Below are positions 9,327 to 19,334 of a stretch of 64,000 nt of DNA, in pieces. Origin of the DNA: Flavobacterium sp. (GTDB lineage: Bacteria; Bacteroidota; Bacteroidia; Flavobacteriales; Flavobacteriaceae). The position numbers were made by a program, and so were the translations under genes. The notes beneath the pieces are model-generated. The model was given only the letters and a program-made list of their open reading frames with translations, did no database searches and had not been told where the DNA came from. The stretch spans positions 10,207 to 74,206 of the forward strand of contig NZ_DAIOUN010000008.1 of the NCBI RefSeq assembly GCF_036759525.1, in the 5' to 3' direction. Position 1 is the stretch's first letter. Each line of letters opens with the position of its first letter.

Positions 9327-9339
9327 ATTTTCTGTTTTT

Positions 9340-11034
9340 TTATTTTCCTAAGTATTCAACTTTTTTAGAATCTCCATCAACTTGAATTTTAATCAAGTTG
9401 TGTTTGGCTAATCCTTTCATCGCAGCATCCCATTTCTTACCACTTAAACCGGATTGTTCCTTAAGTTGGGCAAGCTCGCACAAGTTGTTTCCTTTAGCCA
9501 AGTCGGCTATGATTTTTTCATCTTCCGTTAATTCAATAGCTTTTTTTTCCGGTCTCATCTGTGGGAAGAAAAGTACTTCTTGTATGGATTGATTGTTGGT
9601 TAAAAACATTATTAATCTATCCATTCCAATACCTAAACCAGATGTAGGAGGCATTCCGTATTCTAGAGCTCTAAGGAAGTCGTTATCTATAAACATAGCT
9701 TCGTCGTCTCCTCTATCGGCTAATTTTAATTGTGCTTCAAATCGTTCTCTTTGGTCAATAGGGTCATTAAGTTCGGAGTATGCGTTGGCGATTTCTTTTC
9801 CACAAACCATAAGTTCAAACCGTTCGGTAAGTTCCGGATTATCTCTGTGAACCTTACACAGCGGGCTCATTTCTTTGGGATAGTCTGTAATGAAAGTAGG
9901 TTGAATAAAATTACCTTCACATTTGGCCCCAAAAATTTCATCAATTAATTTTCCTTTACCCATAGAATCATCTACCGGGATTCCCATGTTTGTTGCGGCA
10001 ATTCTTATTTCTTCTTCGGTTTTGTCTGAAATGTCAAAACCGGTGAAGTTTTTTATGGCATCTGTCATGGTTACTCTTGGATAGGGAGCTTTAAAACTTA
10101 CTTGGTGTTCACCAAAAGTTGCATCTGTAGTTCCATTCACAGATATAGCACAATATTCTAACAGATTTTCGGTAAATTCCATCATCCAATTGTAATCCTT
10201 ATAGGCTACATAGATTTCCATGGCGGTAAATTCCGGATTATGAGTTCTATCCATACCTTCATTTCTGAAGTTTTTTGAAAACTCATAAACACCATCAAAT
10301 CCACCTACAATAAGTCGTTTTAAGTACAGTTCGTTTGCTATTCTCATATATAATGGAATATCTAAACTATTGTGATGAGTAATAAAGGGTCTTGCTGCGG
10401 CTCCGCCCGGTATAGATTGTAATATTGGAGTTTCTACTTCAAAATATCCTTTTTCATTGAAAAAGGTTCTCATTGCATTGAATAATTTTGTTCTTTTAAC
10501 AAAAACTTCTTTTACCTGAGGATTTACAACTAAGTCTACATAACGCATTCTGTATCTGAGTTCAGGGTCGGTAAAAGCATCGAAAGTATTCCCTTCGGCA
10601 TCTGTTTTAGGTAAAGGCAAAGGTCTTAAAGTTTTACTCAGGAAGGTAAAATGGGTAACTTTAATGGTTTTTTCGCCAACTTGTGTTGTAAACAGTTCTC
10701 CTTCAACCCCAATAAAGTCACCAAGGTCAACCAGTTTTTTGAAAACCTCGTTGTATAAAGTTTTGTCATCTCCAGGACAAATTTCGTCACGATTAAAATA
10801 CAATTGAATTCTTCCGGTACTATCTTGTAAGGAGGCGAATGAAGCTTTACCTTGAATTCGCGTACTCATTATCCTTCCGGCAACACAAACCTTTTTCCCT
10901 TCTGTAAATTGGTTTTTTACGGTTTCAGCTGTATCTGTAAGTGGGTATTGATTAGCTGGATACGGATTGATTCCAAGATTTCTTAAAACCGTTAGTTTTT
11001 CACGTCTGATAATTTCTTGTTCGGAGAGTTGCAT
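9340..11034 (-). CDS. lysS: Lysine--tRNA ligase (class II) with about 70 aa C-terminal extension
   Basis: Class II motifs FRNEG and GIGMDRL are present, with an OB-fold N-terminal region. The tail continues past ...FFPQMRPEKK. Confidence 0.95.
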   Translation of the reverse strand: MQLSEQEIIRREKLTVLRNLGINPYPANQYPLTDTAETVKNQFTEGKKVCVAGRIMSTRIQGKASFASLQDSTGRIQLYFNRDEICPGDDKTLYNEVFKKLVDLGDFIGVEGELFTTQVGEKTIKVTHFTFLSKTLRPLPLPKTDAEGNTFDAFTDPELRYRMRYVDLVVNPQVKEVFVKRTKLFNAMRTFFNEKGYFEVETPILQSIPGGAAARPFITHHNSLDIPLYMRIANELYLKRLIVGGFDGVYEFSKNFRNEGMDRTHNPEFTAMEIYVAYKDYNWMMEFTENLLEYCAISVNGTTDATFGEHQVSFKAPYPRVTMTDAIKNFTGFDISDKTEEEIRIAATNMGIPVDDSMGKGKLIDEIFGAKCEGNFIQPTFITDYPKEMSPLCKVHRDNPELTERFELMVCGKEIANAYSELNDPIDQRERFEAQLKLADRGDDEAMFIDNDFLRALEYGMPPTSGLGIGMDRLIMFLTNNQSIQEVLFFPQMRPEKKAIELTEDEKIIADLAKGNNLCELAQLKEQSGLSGKKWDAAMKGLAKHNLIKIQVDGDSKKVEYLGK

Positions 11035-11052
11035 ATTTTTTTATTAAAGGGG

Positions 11053-11060
11053 CAAAGATA
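11053..11060 (-). promoter_or_regulatory. -7 promoter box (TAtcTTTG on the minus strand) for lysS
   Basis: The plus strand reads CAAAGATA, whose reverse complement is TATCTTTG. It lies 18 nt upstream of the lysS ATG. Confidence 0.4.
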
Positions 11061-11186
11061 AAACTTTTTTAGTAAGTGTCAATCTCCTTTTGGCTATAAA
11101 CTGGGTTTGAGAACCACTAGTTAAATGAGTTTATTTTCAAATAGGTATAATTTAAAATGCTTAATTTTGCAATTCAATATCTACTT

Positions 11187-11891
11187 ATGAATCGGGATAT
11201 ATTTTTTAAGGATTTGGGAATTAAAGATTACAAAGAAACTTGGGATTATCAAGAGCAATTGTTTCAATCTATATTGGATGTCAAAATAGGCAACAGAAAA
11301 AACGGAGAGGATAAAAAAACTCCAAATTATTTTCTCTATGTAGAACATCCCCACGTTTACACTTTAGGCAAAAGTGGTGATTTTACAAATTTGCTGCTAT
11401 CAGAACAGCAATTAAGAGAAAAAGAAATTTCATTTTACAAAATCAATAGAGGTGGGGATATAACCTATCATGGTCCCGGACAAATTGTGGGTTATCCTAT
11501 ATTGGATTTAGAAAATTTTTTTACAGATATACATAAATATCTTCGACTTCTTGAAGAATCTGTAATTCTCACTCTTAAAGATTATGGATTAAAAGGAGAA
11601 CGAAGTGATGGAGAAACCGGAGTATGGTTGGATGTTGGAACCCCTTTTGCCCGAAAAATTTGTGCTATGGGAGTTAGGGCTTCACGTTGGGTAACCATGC
11701 ATGGATTTGCATTGAATGTAAATGCCAACTTGGGTTATTTTGATCACATTATACCTTGTGGCATAAAAGGTAAAGCTGTGACATCTTTGAATGTCGAATT
11801 GGGTGTAGATATCGTAAATATGGATGAAGTGAAGTTGAAAATTAATCAACATTTTTCAGATTTATTTGAATCGGCTTTTATGCCCTTATAA
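11187..11891 (+). CDS. lipB: Lipoyl(octanoyl) transferase
   Basis: ...INRGGDITYHGPGQIVGYPILDL... and ...KICAMGVR... are LipB signatures. I moved the start to the ATG at 11187 because a TAatTTTG box (11162-11169) lies inside the track's longer ORF (11157). Confidence 0.88.
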   Translation: MNRDIFFKDLGIKDYKETWDYQEQLFQSILDVKIGNRKNGEDKKTPNYFLYVEHPHVYTLGKSGDFTNLLLSEQQLREKEISFYKINRGGDITYHGPGQIVGYPILDLENFFTDIHKYLRLLEESVILTLKDYGLKGERSDGETGVWLDVGTPFARKICAMGVRASRWVTMHGFALNVNANLGYFDHIIPCGIKGKAVTSLNVELGVDIVNMDEVKLKINQHFSDLFESAFMPL

Positions 11892-12518
11892 TCACAATCC
11901 AAAATCTATTTTAAGTTGTTCTGGGAGTTGTTTGAAACTCAATCTGTGGTATTTGGTGAGGCCGTATTTGGCAATTGCTTCCCTATGTTCTTTGGTGGGG
12001 TAGCCTTTGTTTTGTTTCCAATTATACATGGGATACTCTTCGTGAATGGTTTCCATGTATTTATCTCTGTATGTTTTGGCTAATACAGATGCTGCTGCTA
12101 TACTCAAGTATTTGGAATCGCCTTTCACTATAGTTTCGTGTGAAATATTTTCATAAGGTTTAAATCGATTTCCGTCAACAATTATAAATTTTGGAGAAAT
12201 AGAGAGTGAGGCAATGCTTATATGCATGGCTTTTATGGATGCGTTTAAAATGTTAATTTGATCAATTTCAGCGGGTTCGATGTGGCAAAAACTAAAGGCG
12301 ACCGATTTTTCTTCAATTAGAGGTTTTAATTGCATTCTGGTTTTCTCGGATAACTGCTTAGAGTCGTTGAGTTCTTCAATATAGAAATCTTGGGGTAAAA
12401 TAACGGCTGCAGCCGTAACCGGTCCGGCAAGACAACCTCTTCCGGCTTCATCTGTACCGCATTCAAGTTCTTTATATTTGTAGTAAGGGAAGAGTTTGGT
12501 TTTGGCTTTCAATTTCAT
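11892..12518 (-). CDS. rnhB: Ribonuclease HII
   Basis: The [12 protein letters not shown] active-site motif is present, and the length is about 200 aa. A TAcaTTTG box lies on the minus strand at 12529-12536. Confidence 0.92.
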   Translation of the reverse strand: MKLKAKTKLFPYYKYKELECGTDEAGRGCLAGPVTAAAVILPQDFYIEELNDSKQLSEKTRMQLKPLIEEKSVAFSFCHIEPAEIDQINILNASIKAMHISIASLSISPKFIIVDGNRFKPYENISHETIVKGDSKYLSIAAASVLAKTYRDKYMETIHEEYPMYNWKQNKGYPTKEHREAIAKYGLTKYHRLSFKQLPEQLKIDFGL

Positions 12519-12566
12519 TTATTTATCCCAAATGTACTTTTAATTATTAAAGTCGCAAAGATTTTT

Positions 12567-12574
12567 TATATTTG
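12567..12574 (+). promoter_or_regulatory. -7 promoter box (TAtaTTTG) for the S8 peptidase gene
   Basis: Exact TAnnTTTG match. It is followed 3 nt later by the perfect palindrome CCCAAATTTGGG (12578-12589). Confidence 0.4.
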
Positions 12575-12651
12575 TTTCCCAAATTTGGGTTAATACAATG
12601 TTAATCCTGATTTTAAAATTTTCCAAAATACGTATTTTAGCAATAAAAAAA

Positions 12652-14565
12652 ATGATGAAAAGAAAAATTACTTTGCAATCAATTGTCGGATTGATGTTCC
12701 TTTTTTCTGCTTTTACCGTTTGTTCTCAAACGGCACAGCAAAGAGAAAAAATTATTCAAGAAACAGATGTTGAGACTTTAAAAAATTTACACCAACAATT
12801 TTTGCTTCAAAGCAATGAGTCAAGAGAAAAAGCTTTACAATTAGCAGTTGAGAAAGGTTGGCCTGTTACATATGTAACAGAGCAAGGTTCTTATGCTGAA
12901 CTGCAAGGAGTTTTGGAAAATGGTCAACCATTGTATTATGTTACCTATAATGTAGGTGCAGCAGCGACATCAAAAATAAACAGACTCAACACTGGGGGAT
13001 CATTAAATCTAAACCTTGACGGTCAAAATATGATAGTAGGAGTTTGGGATCAAAATGTGCCTTTAAATGCTCATCAAGATTTTGGAGGAAGATTGATTAC
13101 ATTAGATGGTTCCTCGGTAGATGCTTCGTTTCATTCTACTCACGTAACGGGAACAGTTTTGGGTTCGGGTTTGACTAATGCCTCTTCAAAAGGAATGGCT
13201 TCACAAGCGGCCGGATATGTTTTAGATTGGACAAATGATTACGCTGAAATGGCTTTTGAAGCTGGTTTTGGTCTTCTTGCGTCAAATCACTCCTACGGTC
13301 AAATTGCAGCTCAATTGCCCTTATTTCAATTTGGAGCCTACACAACACGTTCTAGACAACTTGATGAAATTGCTTTTGCAGCTCCTTTCTATTTGTCAGT
13401 TCACGCGGCGGGTAATGACAGAAATGATTTGAATCAAACTATCAATCCAACCAAAGGAGGTTACGATCTTATCAATGGAAATAAAACTTCTAAAAACACT
13501 TTGGTTGTTGCTGCAGTTAATCAAGTAACTAATTACACCGGTCCTTCAAGTGTTAATATTGCTTCATTTTCGAGTTATGGGCCAACAGATGATAATAGAG
13601 TTAAACCCGACATTTCGGCAAAAGGTGTAAATGTAACTTCTACTTCAAATGCAAACACCTCTGCACATGGTATTTCAAGTGGTACTTCTATGGCAGCACC
13701 GGTTGTTACAGGTGGCATTTTGTTGTTGCAACAGCATTATAGTAATCTTAATAGTGGGGCCTTTATGAGGTCGGCCACATTAAGAGGGTTGGTGTTACAT
13801 ACTGCCGACGAAGCAGGACCATGGGATGGTCCGGATCCCATGTTTGGATGGGGGCTTTTCAATGCAGAACGTGCAGCTCAAACTATTACAAATAGGGGTT
13901 CAGGTCTTTCAATTATAAATGAGAGAACTTTAACACAAGGTCAAACTTACACTAAAGTAGTGACTGCCTTGGGTAATCAGCCTTTGGTGGCTACCATTTG
14001 TTGGACGGACCGAGCTGGTGCTGCAAATGGTAGTGTTGTTGATTTGACTACTCCGGTTTTGGTAAATAATTTAGATATACGAATTACAAAAAACAGTGAA
14101 ACCTTTTTTCCATGGCGTTTAGGTGCAACTCCAACTGAAGCAGCAGTACAAGGGGATAACAATGTTGATAATATTGAGAAAATTGAAATTCAGAATCCAA
14201 CAGGACAGTATACCATTACGGTTTCTCATAAAGGTAATTTAACGGGAGGTTCGCAAGACTATACAATAATAGTAACCGGAATTGATGAAAATTTAAGTCT
14301 AACTTCGTTAGATGCTAGTGATTTTGCAATTAGTCCAAATCCGGTTGGTGATTCGTTCTCTATTAATACAAATACTTCATTATCGGTAGACGAAATTTCG
14401 ATTTTTGATATTCAAGGAAGAATTGTAAAACAGGTTTTAATTGACAGTTCCAGTCTATTTTCTGGTGAATATTCAATTGATTCTACGTCATTAGTTTCAG
14501 GGGTTTATTTAGTTCGTATTAAATCTGGAGATAGTTTTGTCACTAAAAAAATTGTAAAAAAGTAG
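12652..14565 (+). CDS. S8 (subtilisin-family) serine peptidase with T9SS C-terminal sorting domain
   Basis: The catalytic triad contexts are VGVWDQ (D), HSTHVTGT (H) and GTSMAAP (S). The C-terminus ...ISIFDIQGRIVK...VSGVYLVRIKSGDSFVTKKIVK is a T9SS CTD. I placed the start at MMKRKITLQSIVGLMFLFSAF (a canonical signal peptide); the upstream in-frame ATG at 12598 is possible but less likely. Confidence 0.9.
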   Translation: MMKRKITLQSIVGLMFLFSAFTVCSQTAQQREKIIQETDVETLKNLHQQFLLQSNESREKALQLAVEKGWPVTYVTEQGSYAELQGVLENGQPLYYVTYNVGAAATSKINRLNTGGSLNLNLDGQNMIVGVWDQNVPLNAHQDFGGRLITLDGSSVDASFHSTHVTGTVLGSGLTNASSKGMASQAAGYVLDWTNDYAEMAFEAGFGLLASNHSYGQIAAQLPLFQFGAYTTRSRQLDEIAFAAPFYLSVHAAGNDRNDLNQTINPTKGGYDLINGNKTSKNTLVVAAVNQVTNYTGPSSVNIASFSSYGPTDDNRVKPDISAKGVNVTSTSNANTSAHGISSGTSMAAPVVTGGILLLQQHYSNLNSGAFMRSATLRGLVLHTADEAGPWDGPDPMFGWGLFNAERAAQTITNRGSGLSIINERTLTQGQTYTKVVTALGNQPLVATICWTDRAGAANGSVVDLTTPVLVNNLDIRITKNSETFFPWRLGATPTEAAVQGDNNVDNIEKIEIQNPTGQYTITVSHKGNLTGGSQDYTIIVTGIDENLSLTSLDASDFAISPNPVGDSFSINTNTSLSVDEISIFDIQGRIVKQVLIDSSSLFSGEYSIDSTSLVSGVYLVRIKSGDSFVTKKIVKK

Positions 14566-14601
14566 TTTCAAAGCTCTTTTTTATTTAACGGTCATAAAAT
14601 G

Positions 14602-14632
14602 ACGGAAAGGATTTTTTTCTTTCCGTTTTTTT
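14602..14632 (+). terminator. Intrinsic terminator after the S8 peptidase gene
   Basis: ACGGAAAG / CTTTCCGT forms an 8-bp stem and is followed by T6. Confidence 0.7.
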
Positions 14633-14736
14633 ATTGATATAATTTTAAGAGAAAAAAATCGCCTAATTCATACGTTTTTTAACTATTTAACGGGTTAATT
14701 TAATCTGTTGAATGTTTTTTTTTAATAAAAAATTAA

Positions 14737-14744
14737 TATATTTG
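14737..14744 (+). promoter_or_regulatory. -7 promoter box (TAtaTTTG) for susC-like gene
   Basis: Exact match, 26 nt upstream of the ATG at 14771. Confidence 0.45.
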
Positions 14745-14770
14745 CCCAATAACTAACTCAAATTTTTAAT

Positions 14771-17700
14771 ATGAAAACAAATTTTAGATGGATTTTCACG
14801 CTGCTCTTGGCGTTGTTTGTACAGCTTTCTTTTGCTCAGCAAAAGACTGTTTCGGGAACCATTTCGGAGGGAGGTCAGCCTTTACCCGGTGTGACTGTTA
14901 TTGTTAAAGGAACAACAACAGGAACGCAATCTGACTTTGATGGAAAATATTCTATCTCAGCAAAACAAGGAGATGTTTTAGAGTTCTCTTACATTGGGTT
15001 AAAGACTCAAACTGTAACAGTAGGATCTTCTAATACCGTTAACATTACTATGGAGCAGGACGTTACTACGTTAGGTGAAGTAGTTGTTGAAGCGTATAGA
15101 ACTACTGCAAAAGCAAAATCTAATATTGCTTCTACTACAGTTTCGGCTAAGACTATTGAGGGAAGACCAAATGCTTCTTTCGTTCAAACTTTACAGGCTC
15201 AGGTTCCTGGTTTGAACATTGCTACAGGTTCTGGTTCACCAGGTTCTGCTAATACAACCATCATTCTTCGTGGTGTGGGTTCGGTTAACGGGAATATTCA
15301 GCCTTTGTTTGTAATCGATGGTGTTCCGGCTAACCAAGTTAACTTTAGAAGTATCAACCCGAACGATATTGAATCGGTTTCTGTACTTAAAGATGCAGCT
15401 GCAACTTCTATCTATGGTAACCGTGGTGCGAACGGGGTTATCGTGGTAAAAACAAAAAGAGGTACTTTTGATTCTAAGTTGAATGTGAGATATTCTGTAG
15501 TAACTGGTTTTACATCGTTACAAGATCATGATTATAGAATCATGAATTCTAAACAGACATTACAATTACAAAAAGATTTTGGGTCTGGTTTAGGTTCAAC
15601 TTTGTCTGATGCAGAAATTGCTGCTTGGGAAATTGATACAGATTGGGAAAAGATTTTCTTTCAAACTGGAGTTTCTCAAGATCACAACTTAAGCTTAACA
15701 AGTGGTAGTAAAAACTTAAACTCTTATGTGTCTTTAGGTTATTTTGAGCAAGAAGGTATTGTGCCTGGTACTCAGATTAAGCGTTTTACTTTCAGAAATA
15801 ATTTCTCTGGAAAGTCAGATAATGATAAATTCAATTATTCGGCGAATATTAACGCTAACTTTTCTAAACGAAATCAGCTAGATCAAGAGACAAGAACTGA
15901 TATTGATGGTAACGTATTGCAAAATCCATTACAAGGTATGCTTTCGTCTGTGCCATATTTAGATCCTGCAGTTTATGTTAACGGTCAACAATTATTCAAT
16001 CAATTTGGTGGGCCAAGTTTTGCTATTGTTCCTTACATGTTGATGGACTATTTAAGACCAGGTAATATTACAAGTGAATTTAATGAGTTGAAGTTATTAG
16101 CACAAGCAAGTGGTGCCTATAAGATAACTAAAGATTTAACTTTTTCAACTCAAGCAGGTATGGATATGACTGAGAATACGCGTTTATTTGCTCGTAATCC
16201 TCAATCGTATTTGGCAATCGCTGCAACTCCTCCTGGAGCACAGTTTGGAGGTTTGGTTACAGAAACTAATGATAGAGATTTCTCTTTTAATGCCAATACA
16301 CGTTTAAACTACAATAAAGTATTTAAAGATAAGCATACTTTTGATGCTTCGTTAATGACAGAGTATTTCAAAGCTCATAGAAAAGTAATGACTTATACTC
16401 AAACTGGTTTAGATCCTAGAACATCTGCTCCAGGTGCCGGTACAGGTTACATTCCTTTTAACCCTGCAACTCCTACTTTATATAGACCAACTGTTGGAGC
16501 TTTAAAACAAAAAGCAGGTTTGTTTTCTTATTTTGGAACAGTTGATTACGATTACGATTCAAAATACGGTTTTGGAGCCTCTGTAAGACGTGATGCTACA
16601 TACAGATTTACAGACGATTACAAATGGGGAACATTTTGGTCTGTATCAGGACGTTGGAATTTAAATAAAGAAGCTTTCATGAGTGGTTCTATTTTTGATG
16701 AGTTAAAATTAAGAGCTTCTTATGGAACAGCAGGTAACCAAAATATTTTAGGTGGAAGTATTTATTCAGGTGCTTCAATTATTCGCAACTTATATGGTAC
16801 TGGAAGCGGTTATGGTAACCTTTTGAGTTTGTTCCCTTCTTCTGTTGCTAATACAGATGCTCGTTGGGAAACTGTAGCTCAAGCAAACGTAGGGGTTGAT
16901 TTTGTAATTAAAAAACGTTTTAGAGGATCTTTAGATATCTATGAAAAAGTAACTTCTGATTTGTATCAATCTATACCAGTGTCTGCTGTTAATGGTATAA
17001 CTTCATTAGCAGGTAATATTGGAGAATTACAAAATAGAGGGGTTGAGGTATTGTTGGCTTATGATTTATTCAAAACTAATGACTTGACCTTTACATTGAA
17101 TTTCAATGGTTCATACAACAAAAACAAATTTACTGAAATACCAAATGAAGATGGTTTCGTAAATGTAGGTGACTTACAAATCAATGAGATTGGAGGTCCT
17201 GTTAACCAATATTTCAACATTCGTTATGTAGGTGTTAACCCTGCTAATGGTAACTTATTGTTCTTAGATAGAAATGGTTTGGTAACTGAAAACCCAACAT
17301 CAGCTGACCGTGTTTCAACTGGAAAATCTCCAATTCCAGTTTATCAAGGTGGTTTTGGATTTGATTTGACTTACAAAGGTTTCTTCATGACAACTCAGTT
17401 TTCATTTGTTAAGGATGTGTGGAGATATGACTTTGACTTGGCTGGTTTGATTGATGCTAACGGAATTGCAAACTTCCCTCAATCTATTGACATGGCTAAT
17501 TATTGGACTCCAGATAATCCAGTTACTGATGTTCCATCTTTAACTGCTACAAATTTAGCTCTTGACGGATTATCAGATCGTTGGTTGCGTGATGCTTCAT
17601 ATGTGCGTTTGCGTTTTGCTTCTATAGGTTATAATGTGCCTTCAAAATTCTTAGATAAAACTTTCTTAACTAGTTTACGTATTTATGGTCAAGCTGAGAA

Positions 17701-17815
17701 TATGTTAACTTGGTCAAAATGGAGAGGTTTTGATCCAGAGAGTAATGCTGGAAGCACTTTTGGTGGTTATCCAACTCCTAAAATTGTTTCTTTTGGATTT
17801 GATTTAGAATTTTAA
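14771..17815 (+). CDS. SusC/RagA-family TonB-dependent outer-membrane transporter
   Basis: Signal peptide, then a carboxypeptidase-regulatory-like N-domain (VSGTISEGGQPLPGVTVIVKGTTTGTQSDFDGKYSI), a plug region, a ~1000 aa barrel and a terminal Phe. There is no STN/anti-sigma signalling domain. Confidence 0.92.
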   Translation: MKTNFRWIFTLLLALFVQLSFAQQKTVSGTISEGGQPLPGVTVIVKGTTTGTQSDFDGKYSISAKQGDVLEFSYIGLKTQTVTVGSSNTVNITMEQDVTTLGEVVVEAYRTTAKAKSNIASTTVSAKTIEGRPNASFVQTLQAQVPGLNIATGSGSPGSANTTIILRGVGSVNGNIQPLFVIDGVPANQVNFRSINPNDIESVSVLKDAAATSIYGNRGANGVIVVKTKRGTFDSKLNVRYSVVTGFTSLQDHDYRIMNSKQTLQLQKDFGSGLGSTLSDAEIAAWEIDTDWEKIFFQTGVSQDHNLSLTSGSKNLNSYVSLGYFEQEGIVPGTQIKRFTFRNNFSGKSDNDKFNYSANINANFSKRNQLDQETRTDIDGNVLQNPLQGMLSSVPYLDPAVYVNGQQLFNQFGGPSFAIVPYMLMDYLRPGNITSEFNELKLLAQASGAYKITKDLTFSTQAGMDMTENTRLFARNPQSYLAIAATPPGAQFGGLVTETNDRDFSFNANTRLNYNKVFKDKHTFDASLMTEYFKAHRKVMTYTQTGLDPRTSAPGAGTGYIPFNPATPTLYRPTVGALKQKAGLFSYFGTVDYDYDSKYGFGASVRRDATYRFTDDYKWGTFWSVSGRWNLNKEAFMSGSIFDELKLRASYGTAGNQNILGGSIYSGASIIRNLYGTGSGYGNLLSLFPSSVANTDARWETVAQANVGVDFVIKKRFRGSLDIYEKVTSDLYQSIPVSAVNGITSLAGNIGELQNRGVEVLLAYDLFKTNDLTFTLNFNGSYNKNKFTEIPNEDGFVNVGDLQINEIGGPVNQYFNIRYVGVNPANGNLLFLDRNGLVTENPTSADRVSTGKSPIPVYQGGFGFDLTYKGFFMTTQFSFVKDVWRYDFDLAGLIDANGIANFPQSIDMANYWTPDNPVTDVPSLTATNLALDGLSDRWLRDASYVRLRFASIGYNVPSKFLDKTFLTSLRIYGQAENMLTWSKWRGFDPESNAGSTFGGYPTPKIVSFGFDLEF

Positions 17816-17828
17816 AAAAAATTGAAAT

Positions 17829-19316
17829 ATGAAAAATTTAAAAATTTATGTTTTAGCCATTATCGCAGGAATTTCGTTTTCTTGTAATGATGCCATTGAA
17901 ATCATCCAAGATGGAGAGTTCAATGATGCTGCTGCCTACCGTACTGTGGCGGATATGACTTTAGCTTTAAGAGCAGTTTACAATCAAATGGACTATGAAG
18001 AGTCTATAGCATTCTCAACTGTATTCACAGATGAAGTTGGTATTGGATATGCTAATGGGGGTCAAAATCTTGATGATTACCGTCACATTTTACAGGATAA
18101 CTCTGCAGCTCCAAACAATATGTGGGTAACTCAGTACAGATTAATCAACTATGCAAACCGCTTAATTAGAGGTGCTCAAGGTGTAACAGTACAACCTGGT
18201 CAAGAAGCTGAATTCAATCAAATTTTGGCTGAGACAAGAGCTTTAAGAGCTTTCTCACACTTTTTCTTGATGACTCATTTTTCAACAAATTTGAAAGATA
18301 ATAGTGCACTTGGTGTAATTAAAATGGATTTTGTACCAACTACAACAGATCTTTTACCACGTGCTACTAATGGGGAATTATACCAATTTATTGAGGAAGA
18401 TTTGGCTTTTGCTGAAGCTAACTTAGGAAATCCTACAAATTACAAGTTTGTAACTCAAAATTTCATTAAAGCTTTCCGTGCCCGTATGGCTGCTTACAGA
18501 GGTGACTATACTACAGCATTAACAAACGCACAAGCTTTGATAGATGCAGTTCCTTTAACAGCTGCAGGTACAACAGCTAGTAGTCCATATTTGACTATGT
18601 TTAGGGATTTAGCACAAGGCGAGAACATCTTCACGTTAGACAGACCTGTAGGTAAGAGAACAATCAACTCAATTTGGTTCTTCAATCAGCCTAACTACCA
18701 AGGTGGTCCTTTCTTAGATATGGGTAGAAACCTATTCAATTTAATTAATGCGACTCCTGGTGATATCAGAAGAACTGCTTTTGTTGGATCTACATCTGTT
18801 ATTGCTGCTGATCCTGCAACTACACCTGATTACCGTTTTGATGATGTATTAATTATTGGTAAATATCCTGGTAAAGCGGGTGCACCACTTTTAAATGATG
18901 TTAAAGTATTCCGTGTTTCTGAAATGTATTTTATTAAAGCTGAAGCTTTAGCAAACGCAGGAAATTTAAATGGTGCTTCAAATTCTGTAGCTTCTGTTTT
19001 AAAACAAGTTCGTGATGCTAGAATTGTAACTGGTCAACCTGCAACTACGCTTCCTGTATATGCTAACGCAACTGAAGCTTGGGCAGATATTTTAAAGGAA
19101 AGAAGAATAGAGTTATGTTTTGAAGGTCACCGTTATATTGATATCAAACGTTTAGGTGCATTAGCTAACCAATCTATCGATAGATATTTTAGAGATTGTG
19201 ACTTCAACGGTGCTTGTACTCTTCCAGTAACTGATTATAGATTTACTCTTCCAATTCCAATTATTGAGACTAGAGTTAACTCAGTTATCAGAGCTCAACA
19301 AAATCCAAATTATTAA
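17829..19316 (+). CDS. SusD/RagB-family nutrient-binding outer-membrane lipoprotein
   Basis: Lipobox ...GISFSC. It sits immediately downstream of susC. The SusD-like C-terminal region reads ...ERRIELCFEGHRYIDIKR. Confidence 0.9.
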   Translation: MKNLKIYVLAIIAGISFSCNDAIEIIQDGEFNDAAAYRTVADMTLALRAVYNQMDYEESIAFSTVFTDEVGIGYANGGQNLDDYRHILQDNSAAPNNMWVTQYRLINYANRLIRGAQGVTVQPGQEAEFNQILAETRALRAFSHFFLMTHFSTNLKDNSALGVIKMDFVPTTTDLLPRATNGELYQFIEEDLAFAEANLGNPTNYKFVTQNFIKAFRARMAAYRGDYTTALTNAQALIDAVPLTAAGTTASSPYLTMFRDLAQGENIFTLDRPVGKRTINSIWFFNQPNYQGGPFLDMGRNLFNLINATPGDIRRTAFVGSTSVIAADPATTPDYRFDDVLIIGKYPGKAGAPLLNDVKVFRVSEMYFIKAEALANAGNLNGASNSVASVLKQVRDARIVTGQPATTLPVYANATEAWADILKERRIELCFEGHRYIDIKRLGALANQSIDRYFRDCDFNGACTLPVTDYRFTLPIPIIETRVNSVIRAQQNPNY

Positions 19317-19334
19317 TAATATTAATTCGTAATT

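Noticed and set aside
12598-12651. Upstream extensions of track ORFs, all of them over-extended starts: 12598 (S8), 11157 (lipB), 41142 (rpoC), 31928 (hpf), 57946 and 58841 (chaperone genes), 1772 (T9SS protein)
   Set aside because: In each case an internal ATG gives a canonical N-terminus or signal peptide. The extension overlaps a promoter box, a hairpin or the preceding gene. The S8 and lipB cases remain somewhat uncertain.
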